Assembly (NCBI GenBank): GCA_020025395.1
Contig: JAHHSE010000001.1
Coordinates: forward strand, 1 to 36,739
Origin: Oscillospiraceae bacterium
GTDB taxonomy: Bacteria > Bacillota > Clostridia > Oscillospirales > Oscillospiraceae
Direction: 5' to 3'
Length of the DNA: 36,739 nt
Shown here: positions 1 through 7,511 of the stretch, piece by piece
Layout: each line of letters opens with the position of its first letter
Numbering within the stretch: the first letter of the stretch is position 1
Translations under genes and position numbers: made by a program
Notes under the pieces: generated by a model
Database searches by the model: none
What the model was told of the DNA's origin: nothing
Seen by the model: only the letters and a program-made list of their open reading frames with translations

Positions 1-52
1 CCCCGACCTGCTGATTACAAATCAGCTGCTCTACCAACTGAGCTACACCAGC
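1..52 (-). tRNA. tRNA-Thr (anticodon UGU), 5' part only; the T arm and 3' end lie beyond the window start
   Basis: The reverse complement reads GCTGGTG-TA-GCTC-AGTTGGTA-GAGC-A-GCTGA-TTTGTAA-TCAGC-AGGTC-GGGG. This gives an acceptor strand, a D arm, and a 5-bp anticodon stem with a 7-nt loop whose positions 34-36 are TGT. Confidence 0.85.
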
Positions 53-88
53 ATTTCGTATCCACGACAGCGAAGTTTATTTTAACAG

Positions 89-310
89 ATGAGTGGAGGA
101 TTGTCAAGAAAAAGCTTGTATATTTTTAAAAGGAATTTTTCAGGTCCTTGTGTGTACCCGCTCCGGGACATTCAGCTGGAGTCTCCGGCTGCCTGGTGCG
201 AGGAGTGTGGAGGAGAAATTTACCGGATGGATCCGGTGATCTGGGATCAGGCTTTTGTCCTCTGTCCGGCCTGCCTGGTCCAAAAAATGAGAAAGGAACG
301 GAACAAATAG
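89..310 (+). CDS. small zinc-ribbon protein (two CxxC pairs: CEEC...CPAC), unknown function
   Basis: 73-aa ORF with four Cys arranged as CxxC-(x21)-CxxC. It is immediately followed, after a 4-nt gap, by two co-oriented small ORFs. Confidence 0.55.
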   Translation: MSGGLSRKSLYIFKRNFSGPCVYPLRDIQLESPAAWCEECGGEIYRMDPVIWDQAFVLCPACLVQKMRKERNK

Positions 311-314
311 AGGA

Positions 315-548
315 ATGACCTTGTTGGAGCTTTCTGCGCAATATGACCTTCAGGCCCAGATTTTACGGGAGCGGATAACGGAGCTTCAGCTCCGCTGGGC
401 CAAGTGTAAAAATGAGTCCCTCCGCTCCGCCCTGGCGGAGCGGATTCGGACCCTTACCGTTATGCGGCGGGAGGCCCGGGAGCTTGCCGTCCTGTGCGCC
501 CGCTATTACGAAAGGGGGTACCGCCGAAATGAACGATACACGATATAG
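315..548 (+). CDS. small helical hypothetical protein (77 aa), partner of the downstream sigma-region-4 protein
   Basis: ORF rich in heptad-like L/R/E. Its 3' end overlaps the next ORF's start (529) by 20 nt, suggesting translational coupling. Confidence 0.5.
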   Translation: MTLLELSAQYDLQAQILRERITELQLRWAKCKNESLRSALAERIRTLTVMRREARELAVLCARYYERGYRRNERYTI

Positions 549-852
549 GCGCGGGACCCGGTATGCCGCGGATATGGCGGCCTACTCCCGCGCCATGAGT
601 GAGGAGAATACCAATACCAGATCTCTAAATCGGATGAAGCAGAATCTGATACGGGCACTGAAACACGATGTGACCCCCCGTCAGCGGGAAATGCTCACCC
701 TGTATTACGCCAAGGGACTCAATATGCGGCAGATTGCCGATCTGCTTGGTGTGAATAAGTCCACCGTCTCCCGGACGGTGAAGCGGGGAGAGATTCGAAT
801 CAAGCGCTGCATCCGATACGGGGCGGATGTTTTTCTCCGGGAGGAGGAATAA
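529..852 (+). CDS. sigma-70 region-4-type helix-turn-helix DNA-binding protein (107 aa, no sigma region 2)
   Basis: The translation LTPRQREMLTLYYAKGLNMRQIADLLGVNKSTVSRTVKRGEIRIKRC matches the sigma region 4 / YlxM-like HTH pattern. I chose the internal ATG at 529 because the upstream part of track ORF 412..852 is Pro/Gly-rich and overlaps the previous gene. Confidence 0.7.
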   Translation: MNDTRYRRGTRYAADMAAYSRAMSEENTNTRSLNRMKQNLIRALKHDVTPRQREMLTLYYAKGLNMRQIADLLGVNKSTVSRTVKRGEIRIKRCIRYGADVFLREEE

Positions 853-856
853 TAGA

Positions 857-905
857 GCCGGACCGGGGAGGCGCTTGCTTTCCGGTCCGGCCCCTTTTCT
901 TTTCC
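857..905 (+). terminator. rho-independent terminator of the three-gene cassette
   Basis: GCCGGACCGG (857-866) pairs with CCGGTCCGGC (882-891), followed by CCCTTTTCTTTTCC. Confidence 0.7.
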
Positions 906-953
906 ACAGAACCATGATAAAATGGGAAAAACAATTTGTGAAAGGAAACCGTT

Positions 954-1604
954 ATGACCTACCAGGCTGTATTTTTTGACTTTGACTATACCCTGGGAGA
1001 TGCCACCGATGCCATTTTGGCGGGATTTTCCCACGGAATGACCCAGCTGGGTCAGCCTGTTCCGGATCGGGAGACCATCCGCAGGACGGTGGGTCTCCCT
1101 TTGGAGCTGGCCTATGAGCGGCTCACCGGGGATCAGAACCCCGCGCATAAGTCCCAATTTCGGGATGCCTTTGCCTCCGTGGCCCGCCCCATGCAGCTCC
1201 AGGGGGTGCCCCTCTTCCCCGGCGGGGCCGAACTGCTTCACGCCCTCCACAGGGCGGGGGTCCATCTGGCCATCGCCTCCACCAAACAGCAGTCCACCCT
1301 GGAAACCATTCTGCACGGACACGGCCTTTTGGACCTGCTGGATTTTGTCATCGGCGGGGACAGCGTGGACCACGCCAAACCAGCCCCCGACTGTCTTCTG
1401 CTTGGGATGGAGCGTCTGCACCTCAAGCCGGAACAGCTGCTCTTCTGCGGTGACACCACCATTGATGCCGCCACCGCTCAGGCGGCTGGCTGTGACTTTG
1501 CCGCCGTCCTCAACGGCACCACCCCCAAGGAGGCCTTTGATTCCTATCCCAAGGTATTTACGGCCCCGGATCTCCCCGCCCTCCAGGCCTTTTTGGGCCT
1601 TTGA
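954..1604 (+). CDS. HAD-IA family hydrolase (phosphoglycolate phosphatase / PpaX-like)
   Basis: HAD motifs are present: motif I FDFDYTLGD at the N-terminus, ASTK (motif II-like), a KPAPD lysine motif and GDTTIDAATAQAAG (motif IV). AAAGGAAA RBS precedes the ATG at 954. Confidence 0.85.
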   Translation: MTYQAVFFDFDYTLGDATDAILAGFSHGMTQLGQPVPDRETIRRTVGLPLELAYERLTGDQNPAHKSQFRDAFASVARPMQLQGVPLFPGGAELLHALHRAGVHLAIASTKQQSTLETILHGHGLLDLLDFVIGGDSVDHAKPAPDCLLLGMERLHLKPEQLLFCGDTTIDAATAQAAGCDFAAVLNGTTPKEAFDSYPKVFTAPDLPALQAFLGL

Positions 1605-1620
1605 TCCCCCCAAACAAACC

Positions 1621-1669
1621 AAAGCACCCTCTCTTCGGGCCGATAACCCGGAAGAGAGGGTGCTTTTTA
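1621..1669. terminator. bidirectional intrinsic terminator between the HAD gene and the end of the tail module
   Basis: AAAGCACCCTCTCTT (1621-1635) pairs with AAGAGAGGGTGCTTT (1652-1666), with an extra GC-rich inner stem. An A-run lies 5' and a T-run 3', so the hairpin can act on both strands. Confidence 0.8.
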
Positions 1670-1695
1670 CCGTTCAGGGATGGTTTCTCCCTTTT

Positions 1696-2292
1696 TCATC
1701 CCTGTGGACCTTTCACCGTTTTCGTTTCCGCTACAGATTTTTCCAGTTCCTCCCAGCTCATCCCTGTCCCCTCTAATTGGGCCCAGGTTCGGTACCGCTG
1801 CTCCATCAGCGCCCAGGTGACATACCAAAACAGGTATTCAATCCCCAGATGACAGGGAAGGATATCCTCAATGATCTTCCGCATCTCCTCATATCCCTCC
1901 GGGATACCGGGTACCTCAGGGAAGTGGATGGACACCGTCTGGGTCTTTTCCCCCTCGCTGGCCACCGCATTCAGACCGCAGCCGGCCAGGTTGTCATTAA
2001 TGGCTTCCAGGGTAAAGCTGTCTCCTCCCACCCGAAGGAGGGCGGCGATGGCTGCCCTCCGCCGCTCCTGATCCTTGGTGATGGGGCGGCGGGAAAAAAG
2101 GCGCTCGATAGCGGTCAGCCCCTCCTCCCCCGCTGTGGTCAGATCCGCCTGACGATGGATTTCATCCAAAAAGCGGTGGATCTCATCCATCGCCTCCCCC
2201 AGACTCTCCAGCTCAGCACCGTTCAAGGTCCCCTCCAACCGATAGACCCCCAAAGGGCGGAGAAGCTCTTTCATGTAGGTTCCATAGCTCAC
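1696..2292 (-). CDS. XkdU/YmfQ-like tail protein (DUF2313-like), last gene of the tail module
   Basis: 198-aa ORF directly downstream of the baseplate-J gene with a GTGA stop/start overlap. Position and size match the DUF2313 gene that follows baseplate J in PBSX-like tails. The start could alternatively be the ATG at 2274. Confidence 0.65.
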   Translation of the reverse strand: MSYGTYMKELLRPLGVYRLEGTLNGAELESLGEAMDEIHRFLDEIHRQADLTTAGEEGLTAIERLFSRRPITKDQERRRAAIAALLRVGGDSFTLEAINDNLAGCGLNAVASEGEKTQTVSIHFPEVPGIPEGYEEMRKIIEDILPCHLGIEYLFWYVTWALMEQRYRTWAQLEGTGMSWEELEKSVAETKTVKGPQG

Positions 2293-3341
2293 AGGGCGGT
2301 CACCTCGATTCCGGCGGACTGGGGCAGCTCATCCGGCCCCAGCTCCACATCGGCTGCGGGACTCAAAATGGCGTAATTTTCCACGCCCGGAACATCAAAG
2401 ACAGCCTTTCCCAGCTCGGCCCGCAGAAGATTTTTCCCCAGCTGCCCGCCTTGAAAGAAGACGGAAAGGACTTTTTGGACCTCCTGCCGCACCTGGCTGG
2501 CATCAAAGGAGTCTTTGGCCTTCACCGCCGCCTGGATTTTGACCTCCTTCCGTGTGGGACCTTTGACCTCCACATCCACAGCGATCTCCCGGCGGCTTTC
2601 AAAATAGGACTTTACCGCTTGAATCAGGTCGGGTTCCGGTGTCCCGGCATGGGTGGCAATGATGACATCCACCGTACCGATTCCCCTTTTTCGGGGAATG
2701 ACGCTGGCAGCCGCCACCTGGGGAAAGGAGAGGGCGCCCTGTTGATAAAAGGCGGCGTTGGCCCCGTTGGGCAGACGCTTGTATGTCTCTAAAATCCGTT
2801 TCCGCAGGGCCTCATCCTCCTCCTGGTCCACCCCGCCTATAAAGGGCTGCGGGTTGGTGCATCGGCTCACCCCCACCGGGGCCACCGCCATGGAGAGGAT
2901 GCTCCCCTCCGCCACATTTCCCACCAGGCCCGTCTCCACGGCCTGGGCGGGGACATCCACCTGGGTCTGCCCCGCCTTCAGCGTCCCCGTCTGGCTGGTT
3001 TCAAAGCGCACCAGCCCCGCCGTCATGCAGATGGTTCCCGCCGGGATCGTCAAATCGGTGGAAAGGGGCTCATCCACAGAAAAGCGGAGATTTCCCTTTG
3101 CCCTGGCCGCCTCCCGGCGGCTCACCCCCCGCAGCAACGCGTGTCGATCCAGATATTCCCCCATGGCAGACTGGGGAAAGCATTGCCGCGCGGTCCACTC
3201 CGCCTGTGTATAGAGACTGACCAGCTCTGCCGCCACCGTATAGAGCCGTACCGCCAGATCTCCGGAATTGGAGGCCTGGATTCCCGTTTTTTCGGTGAAG
3301 GCCGCCATCATCTCCCCATAGATTTCCTCAACTGATTTCAT
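2289..3341 (-). CDS. baseplate J-like protein (XkdT-like)
   Basis: 350-aa ORF with GGGAGGAAA RBS. The N-terminal region (IYGEMMAAF...LVSLYTQAEWTARQCFPQSAMGEYLDRHALLRGVSRREA) looks like the Baseplate_J family, and it follows a gp25/W-like gene. Confidence 0.8.
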   Translation of the reverse strand: MKSVEEIYGEMMAAFTEKTGIQASNSGDLAVRLYTVAAELVSLYTQAEWTARQCFPQSAMGEYLDRHALLRGVSRREAARAKGNLRFSVDEPLSTDLTIPAGTICMTAGLVRFETSQTGTLKAGQTQVDVPAQAVETGLVGNVAEGSILSMAVAPVGVSRCTNPQPFIGGVDQEEDEALRKRILETYKRLPNGANAAFYQQGALSFPQVAAASVIPRKRGIGTVDVIIATHAGTPEPDLIQAVKSYFESRREIAVDVEVKGPTRKEVKIQAAVKAKDSFDASQVRQEVQKVLSVFFQGGQLGKNLLRAELGKAVFDVPGVENYAILSPAADVELGPDELPQSAGIEVTAL

Positions 3342-3353
3342 CCGTTTCCTCCC

Positions 3354-3698
3354 TTACAGATCCATTTTGATCTCCATCGCCTCCCCCTTCCAGTCCAGCA
3401 GCAGGGTCAAAAGAAGGTTTCCCCCCTCCTCTTCCACCAGCGCCTCCGTCACTGACAGATCCGCCTCTTCCGCCAGGGCCTCGGCGGCATACTGCCGAGC
3501 CAGTCCCGGCCTTGCGGAGGGTTTTTCCCGGTTCAGGGTGTAGAGGCGGCTCCCCAGACGGGGCAAAAAGGGGAACTGCCCCCGACGGGCGGTGAGCTTC
3601 CACAGAACCCGCTGAAGCAGCTCCTCCCGTCCCTCCACCCGAAGCAGTCCCCCTTTTCCATCGGGCTGATAGTCCCCATTCTGTAAAAAAAGTTCCAT
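3354..3698 (-). CDS. gp25/GPW-like baseplate wedge protein (XkdS-like)
   Basis: 114 aa containing FPFLPRLGSRLYTL, reminiscent of the GPW/gp25 G-S-x-L motif. It sits between the XkdR-like and baseplate-J genes. Confidence 0.65.
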   Translation of the reverse strand: MELFLQNGDYQPDGKGGLLRVEGREELLQRVLWKLTARRGQFPFLPRLGSRLYTLNREKPSARPGLARQYAAEALAEEADLSVTEALVEEEGGNLLLTLLLDWKGEAMEIKMDL

Positions 3699-3701
3699 CT
3701 C

Positions 3702-4088
3702 TTACTTGTCCCCTTCCAGCTGCCGAAGAATGAAATCCTCCAGCCGTTCTCCATTGACGGTGACTGCTCCGGTCAGCTCCACGGTCTCCTCTCCGCAGGT
3801 TACTCCGGCCTCTCCCGTCCCCAGACGAACCTCTCCGGGATTTAGATCTCTCTCCTTCATCTCACTTCCCAGGATAAAGGTCCTCTCCCCGGCCAGACCG
3901 GTTTTCAGAACCAGCACCTCCTGTCCCACCTGGGGACGCCAGGCATAGCCTCCGGGGGTGCAGAGGGCCACATTTCTCCGCTCCCCCGAAAGATAGACCG
4001 CCATCTCTGTTCCCGACACCGTCACGGGACCGCTCTCGGCGGAGACCTCCTCCACTGTTTTTTCCTCTCTTCCTCTGGACAGCCACAT
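3702..4088 (-). CDS. XkdR-like small baseplate/spike protein (gpV/DUF2577-like)
   Basis: 128-aa beta-rich ORF with AAGGAGGGGAGGG RBS. The call rests on synteny between the XkdQ-like and gp25-like genes. Confidence 0.55.
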   Translation of the reverse strand: MWLSRGREEKTVEEVSAESGPVTVSGTEMAVYLSGERRNVALCTPGGYAWRPQVGQEVLVLKTGLAGERTFILGSEMKERDLNPGEVRLGTGEAGVTCGEETVELTGAVTVNGERLEDFILRQLEGDK

Positions 4089-4111
4089 AGGCCCTCCCCT
4101 CCTTTTCCCCT

Positions 4112-5053
4112 CTAAAAGATTCCCTCCGGCGGACCCAGCACCAGAGTGGTTTCGCTTCCTCTTTCATCCAGGGTAACCACACTCTCCCGCACCCGCCAGG
4201 TTCCGCTCCACCCGGTCCTCTCCATTCGGATCAGGTCGCCGGGCCAGGCAAAGAAGAGGGTGGGCACGGCAATGGTCAGGCTGCGCCGGGTTCCCCAGGA
4301 TTTGTCCAGCTGAAACCGTCCACTGTAGCGCATGGCCTGTGTTCCCAATTTTCCGTTGGTGGTGATGACCCGGCGGCATCGTCCCCCCTCCGCCACAAAG
4401 GCGGGATTTTCCACCCGCTCGATGGTTTTTCTGCTTTTGTTTCTCACCAGAATCTCTGAAATGACCCCATACCGCCGCTCGGTCTGGGTCAGACGGGTCA
4501 CCGGAACCCGCTCCCCCAGGATTTTTTCCGTCCCCTGAAAGGGAGCCAGCAGCAGCCTTCCCTCCTGGTCAAATCTGGGCTGAACCCCTCCGTGATAGCG
4601 GCAAAACTGATACAAAACCTGCCATTCACTCTGTCCGGCAGACACGGAAAAGCCCTGACAGGGAGGAATGCTCTCCTTCTTAACCACCGAGATCCCATAG
4701 GGGGTCACATGATTGCGCAGGATATCCTCCAGCGTGGCGGTGCTGTAATCTGCGGCCTCCGCCTCATTGTCCAGCAAAAGGGCAGCCATGCTTCGCCCGG
4801 TGAGGATTACCCTTCGGCCCTGCTTTCCCTGGGTCCACTCCACCTCGTCCAGGACCCCGGTAAAAACCCGTTTTCCCCGGTCCACTGCGTAAAACCGCAC
4901 TGCCTTCTGATAGGCCCTCTCATCCTCCGGACGGAACAGACACTCCACCCAAAAGCTGTCACAGGGGACGCCGCAGGCATACTCCATCCGCCAGGCCAGC
5001 AGCTCCGGCAATTCATAGTGGATCCCCTCACAGGTAATAATGGCTCCCTTCAT
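4112..5053 (-). CDS. XkdQ-like baseplate hub protein (late-control-D-like)
   Basis: 313 aa starting at the internal ATG 5053, which overlaps the stop of the LysM gene (ATGA). The longer track ORF 4112..5380 would overlap the LysM gene by 330 nt. It occupies the position after the XkdP-like gene. Confidence 0.65.
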   Translation of the reverse strand: MKGAIITCEGIHYELPELLAWRMEYACGVPCDSFWVECLFRPEDERAYQKAVRFYAVDRGKRVFTGVLDEVEWTQGKQGRRVILTGRSMAALLLDNEAEAADYSTATLEDILRNHVTPYGISVVKKESIPPCQGFSVSAGQSEWQVLYQFCRYHGGVQPRFDQEGRLLLAPFQGTEKILGERVPVTRLTQTERRYGVISEILVRNKSRKTIERVENPAFVAEGGRCRRVITTNGKLGTQAMRYSGRFQLDKSWGTRRSLTIAVPTLFFAWPGDLIRMERTGWSGTWRVRESVVTLDERGSETTLVLGPPEGIF

Positions 5054-5634
5054 CCAGACACCTTGATTCTTTCTCCCACCCGAATGAGGTTTGGGTTTTT
5101 GATCTGTGGATTCAGGGCGATCAGCCTGGAGAGGGCCAATCCATATTGCCGGGCCAGATCCCAAAGGGTATCCCCCTTCACCACAATGTGATAGGCTGCG
5201 GTTCCGCTCTGCGCCCGGGTCTCGGCTCCCCCTGTCCCCGTCTGGGGAGAGGGGACCTCCTTCAGCCCCTCCTGACTGGGCGGGGGGCACTCCCAGAAGG
5301 TGAATCGGTAACGGACATAGTCTGCCCGCGGCTCCTGGGCCAGGGCCAGCTCCACAAACCAGACCTTTGCCGCCTGCCACACCGGATGGACCAGCATCCC
5401 CGGCGTATTCTCATAGTAGATGGAGGCCAGGGCCTGAAAGGTCCGATAAGCCTCCGGACCCACAAAGACCCCTTCCCCCCGCATCACACGGTAGCCCTGC
5501 CCCAGAGATTCCAGCTGGCAGTCGCCTCCCGGCATGGGATGGGCGGCCACCCGCCGCTCATAGTCGATGGAGTAGGTGTAGGGATTGTGAGGCCAAACAA
5601 AATTTTTATACCGCATGGGTGCCAAACGACTCAT
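5050..5634 (-). CDS. XkdP-like tail protein with C-terminal LysM domain
   Basis: The C-terminal YHIVVKGDTLWDLARQYGLALSRLIALNPQIKNPNLIRVGERIKV is a clear LysM repeat. ATGA overlaps occur at both gene borders. Confidence 0.8.
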   Translation of the reverse strand: MSRLAPMRYKNFVWPHNPYTYSIDYERRVAAHPMPGGDCQLESLGQGYRVMRGEGVFVGPEAYRTFQALASIYYENTPGMLVHPVWQAAKVWFVELALAQEPRADYVRYRFTFWECPPPSQEGLKEVPSPQTGTGGAETRAQSGTAAYHIVVKGDTLWDLARQYGLALSRLIALNPQIKNPNLIRVGERIKVSG

Positions 5635-6482
5635 TGCCAGGAAAACCCCCCATCATATCTCCGTGCGTCCCGCTGGAAGATTCGATCCAGGGCCGCCGCC
5701 TCCCATACCGCTCCCTCTGATCTGTTCTCCCTCCCCTCCGGGGAGGGGAAGAAAAGTTCTTTTTGAGGCCTTCGATAGTCGGCCTCCTGGCGGGTTCGCA
5801 CCATCCGTTCATAAAACTGCCGGGGAAAGGATCGGACCTTCGACTCCCCCATGGCGCTCATGGGGGCGGCATACATTCCGCCTTCCCCCCGCACGGTCTC
5901 TCCCAGGGCTTCCATGGGATCGATTGTCTCCCGTGGAAACACCCCCTCCTGCCGGACCAGCCCATCCAGCGGACTTTCCTTTTCGCTCCTGGTCCTGACC
6001 GTCTCCTCTGTCTGCGGAATCGTTTTTCTTTCTCTCTGCGGAGTCTCCGCTCCACTCTCCGTCCCCCTTCTGGAAAGGGCCGGAAAAGATCCGGGGGCTT
6101 TCCATGAAAGGAGCCGATTCCAGAAGGTGTCCCAGGTCATGCCCTTTCCCTCCCGGCTTTTTGGGTTGGAGAACACCCCTTCCTGCCGGATTAGCTCTCT
6201 TCCCTCCGGGGAAAAAAGCGCCTCCTTCTCAGGGGAGTTGCCCACTTTCCCCTCCGTGCCGCTCTGCCGGTACCGGGAGGGAGGGTCATCCCCTTCCCTC
6301 CGATCTCTCCTTGAGGAATGCTCCTCCCTCTCCTTCTGCAAAGGCCCCTGATTTCCCTGTTTCTTCCAAGGGGAGGAGGGCCTCCCTCTTCGACGAATCG
6401 GCTGAATGGAGGTGAGAAGCCCCTCCGGGATCTCCTCACTCTCCTCTTCCCGATCCAACAGATGTTCAAGCCAGTCTGTCAT
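5631..6482 (-). CDS. protein in the tape-measure slot: short (283 aa), charged, low-complexity
   Basis: The ORF lies between the chaperone and the LysM gene and is coupled at both ends by ATGA overlaps. It is rich in E/R/G/P/S and has internal repeats (RQEGVF twice, SPEGRE twice). I saw no recognisable tape-measure domains. Confidence 0.55.
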   Translation of the reverse strand: MTDWLEHLLDREEESEEIPEGLLTSIQPIRRRGRPSSPWKKQGNQGPLQKEREEHSSRRDRREGDDPPSRYRQSGTEGKVGNSPEKEALFSPEGRELIRQEGVFSNPKSREGKGMTWDTFWNRLLSWKAPGSFPALSRRGTESGAETPQRERKTIPQTEETVRTRSEKESPLDGLVRQEGVFPRETIDPMEALGETVRGEGGMYAAPMSAMGESKVRSFPRQFYERMVRTRQEADYRRPQKELFFPSPEGRENRSEGAVWEAAALDRIFQRDARRYDGGFSWQ

Positions 6483-7107
6483 GCTCCTCCCCCTTCCTTC
6501 ATCCGCTGATACCTCTCCCAGTCAAAGGATGGGTTGTCCTCTCTCTCCCTCTCCCCCGCCGGATTGCCGCAGGCGGGGCACCGCCCCTCCTGTGCCTCCG
6601 CCCGACAGGCGGGGCAGAGGGCCTCCAGGGCCTCCTCCTCATCCAGCATCATGTTCAGAAGACACCAGAGGTAATCCCTGTCCATCAGTTTTTTGACTCG
6701 TTCCTCCGAGGGAAGCGCCCCAAAGGCTCGGAGCACACGCCATTTAAGGCGCTCATAGGGCGTATGCTCCAAGCTTTTTTTCTGGCATTTACCTCTTGCT
6801 CTCCCATGAGGATGGAGGGATTTTCCCTCTGATTGAAGGCACTCCATTGCTGCGCCAGCCGGTCGATTTCCTCCACCCGCAGGGCCTGTAATACCGCCTG
6901 CCCGTTTGGATAGAGGGGGCCGCCCTTTTTCTCCATGGCCCTGGCGAGCAGACAGGCGTTGGAGCAGAGGGGCTTCTCCCTCTCCTCCTGCCACAGCTCT
7001 GCCGCCTCCCGCCTGGCCTCCAGCACCTCCAGCGCGGTGAGAAGGCGCAGTGAGCGTCCCTCACCCAGCTCCAGCCTTGGGCCGGATCTCACTCCACTCT
7101 TTCTCAT
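6479..7107 (-). CDS. tail assembly chaperone, -1 frameshifted long form (gpGT analogue) with a C-terminal double-CxxC extension
   Basis: A -1 slip on A AAA AAA (6775-6781) joins ...NARKK to SLEHTPYERLKWRVLRAFGALPSEERVKKLMDRDYLW...CPACRAEAQEGRCPACG. This -1 frame stays open to 6479 and ends in an ATGA overlap with the next gene. Confidence 0.6.
6685..7107 (-). CDS. tail assembly chaperone, short form (XkdN-like, gpG analogue)
   Basis: 140-aa ORF immediately after the tube gene, using the ATG at 7107 (a GTG at 7113 is also possible). It contains an A AAA AAA slippery heptamer 91-97 nt before its stop. Confidence 0.7.
   Translation of the reverse strand: MRKSGVRSGPRLELGEGRSLRLLTALEVLEARREAAELWQEEREKPLCSNACLLARAMEKKGGPLYPNGQAVLQALRVEEIDRLAQQWSAFNQRENPSILMGEQEVNARKKAWSIRPMSALNGVCSEPLGRFPRRNESKN
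6775..6781 (-). promoter_or_regulatory. programmed -1 ribosomal frameshift slippery heptamer A AAA AAA
   Basis: Seven T on the plus strand equal seven A in the mRNA, phased as X XXY YYZ in the chaperone zero frame (aga aaa aaa gct). Confidence 0.6.
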
Positions 7108-7109
7108 GG

Positions 7110-7499
7110 TCACACCCTTGTCTCAATTCGTCTTGCGGCCACAATGGTGATTTTCTCCACCACCATGGCGCCCAGATTTCCGGTTTCTCCGATGGTGCTC
7201 CACTGGCAGCCGGAATAGATGATCTTCCGGTCCGGCTTGCAGATGACCAGACTGAAGTCCTCCAACTCGTGGAAATTAATACCGTCCCGTACCGCCTCCT
7301 CGGTGGCGTAGAGCCGGGTCAGCTCCACAATATGGTTTCTTGGCCCCGGAATGGTGGCTACGGGCTGTTCCTCGCCAAAGGCCTCCACCACGCTGCTGGT
7401 CTTGGTGGTCTTGGCAAAATAGCTCTGGACCACCGCCACCTTCCGTCCGTTTACCTCCAGATAAATGTCACTGCTTGTGGGAAATCCTGCTGCTTTCAT
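7110..7499 (-). CDS. tail tube protein (XkdM-like)
   Basis: 129-aa ORF directly after the sheath gene with AGGAGGAAG RBS. Size and position are typical of contractile-tail tube proteins. Confidence 0.75.
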   Translation of the reverse strand: MKAAGFPTSSDIYLEVNGRKVAVVQSYFAKTTKTSSVVEAFGEEQPVATIPGPRNHIVELTRLYATEEAVRDGINFHELEDFSLVICKPDRKIIYSGCQWSTIGETGNLGAMVVEKITIVAARRIETRV

Positions 7500-7511
7500 T
7501 CTCTTCCTCCT

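Noticed and set aside
705-1622. 305-aa minus-strand ORF covering the HAD gene region
   Set aside because: It is antisense to a gene with clear HAD motifs. The composition is Gly/Pro/Arg-rich with no RBS, a typical shadow ORF in high-GC DNA.
4112-5380. N-terminal extensions of track ORFs (4112..5380, 14428..15021, 23815..25080, 28803..29267, 412..852, 19770..20207, 24851..26665)
   Set aside because: In each case an internal ATG with a proper GGAGG-type RBS, or an ATGA overlap with the upstream gene, gives a protein that begins where family similarity begins. The extensions overlap neighbouring genes or regulatory hairpins.
5615-6510. Numerous overlapping ORFs in all six frames over the tape-measure-slot gene
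   Set aside because: They are a consequence of low-complexity GC/AG-rich sequence. Only the 5631..6482 minus frame is coupled to both neighbours by ATGA overlaps.
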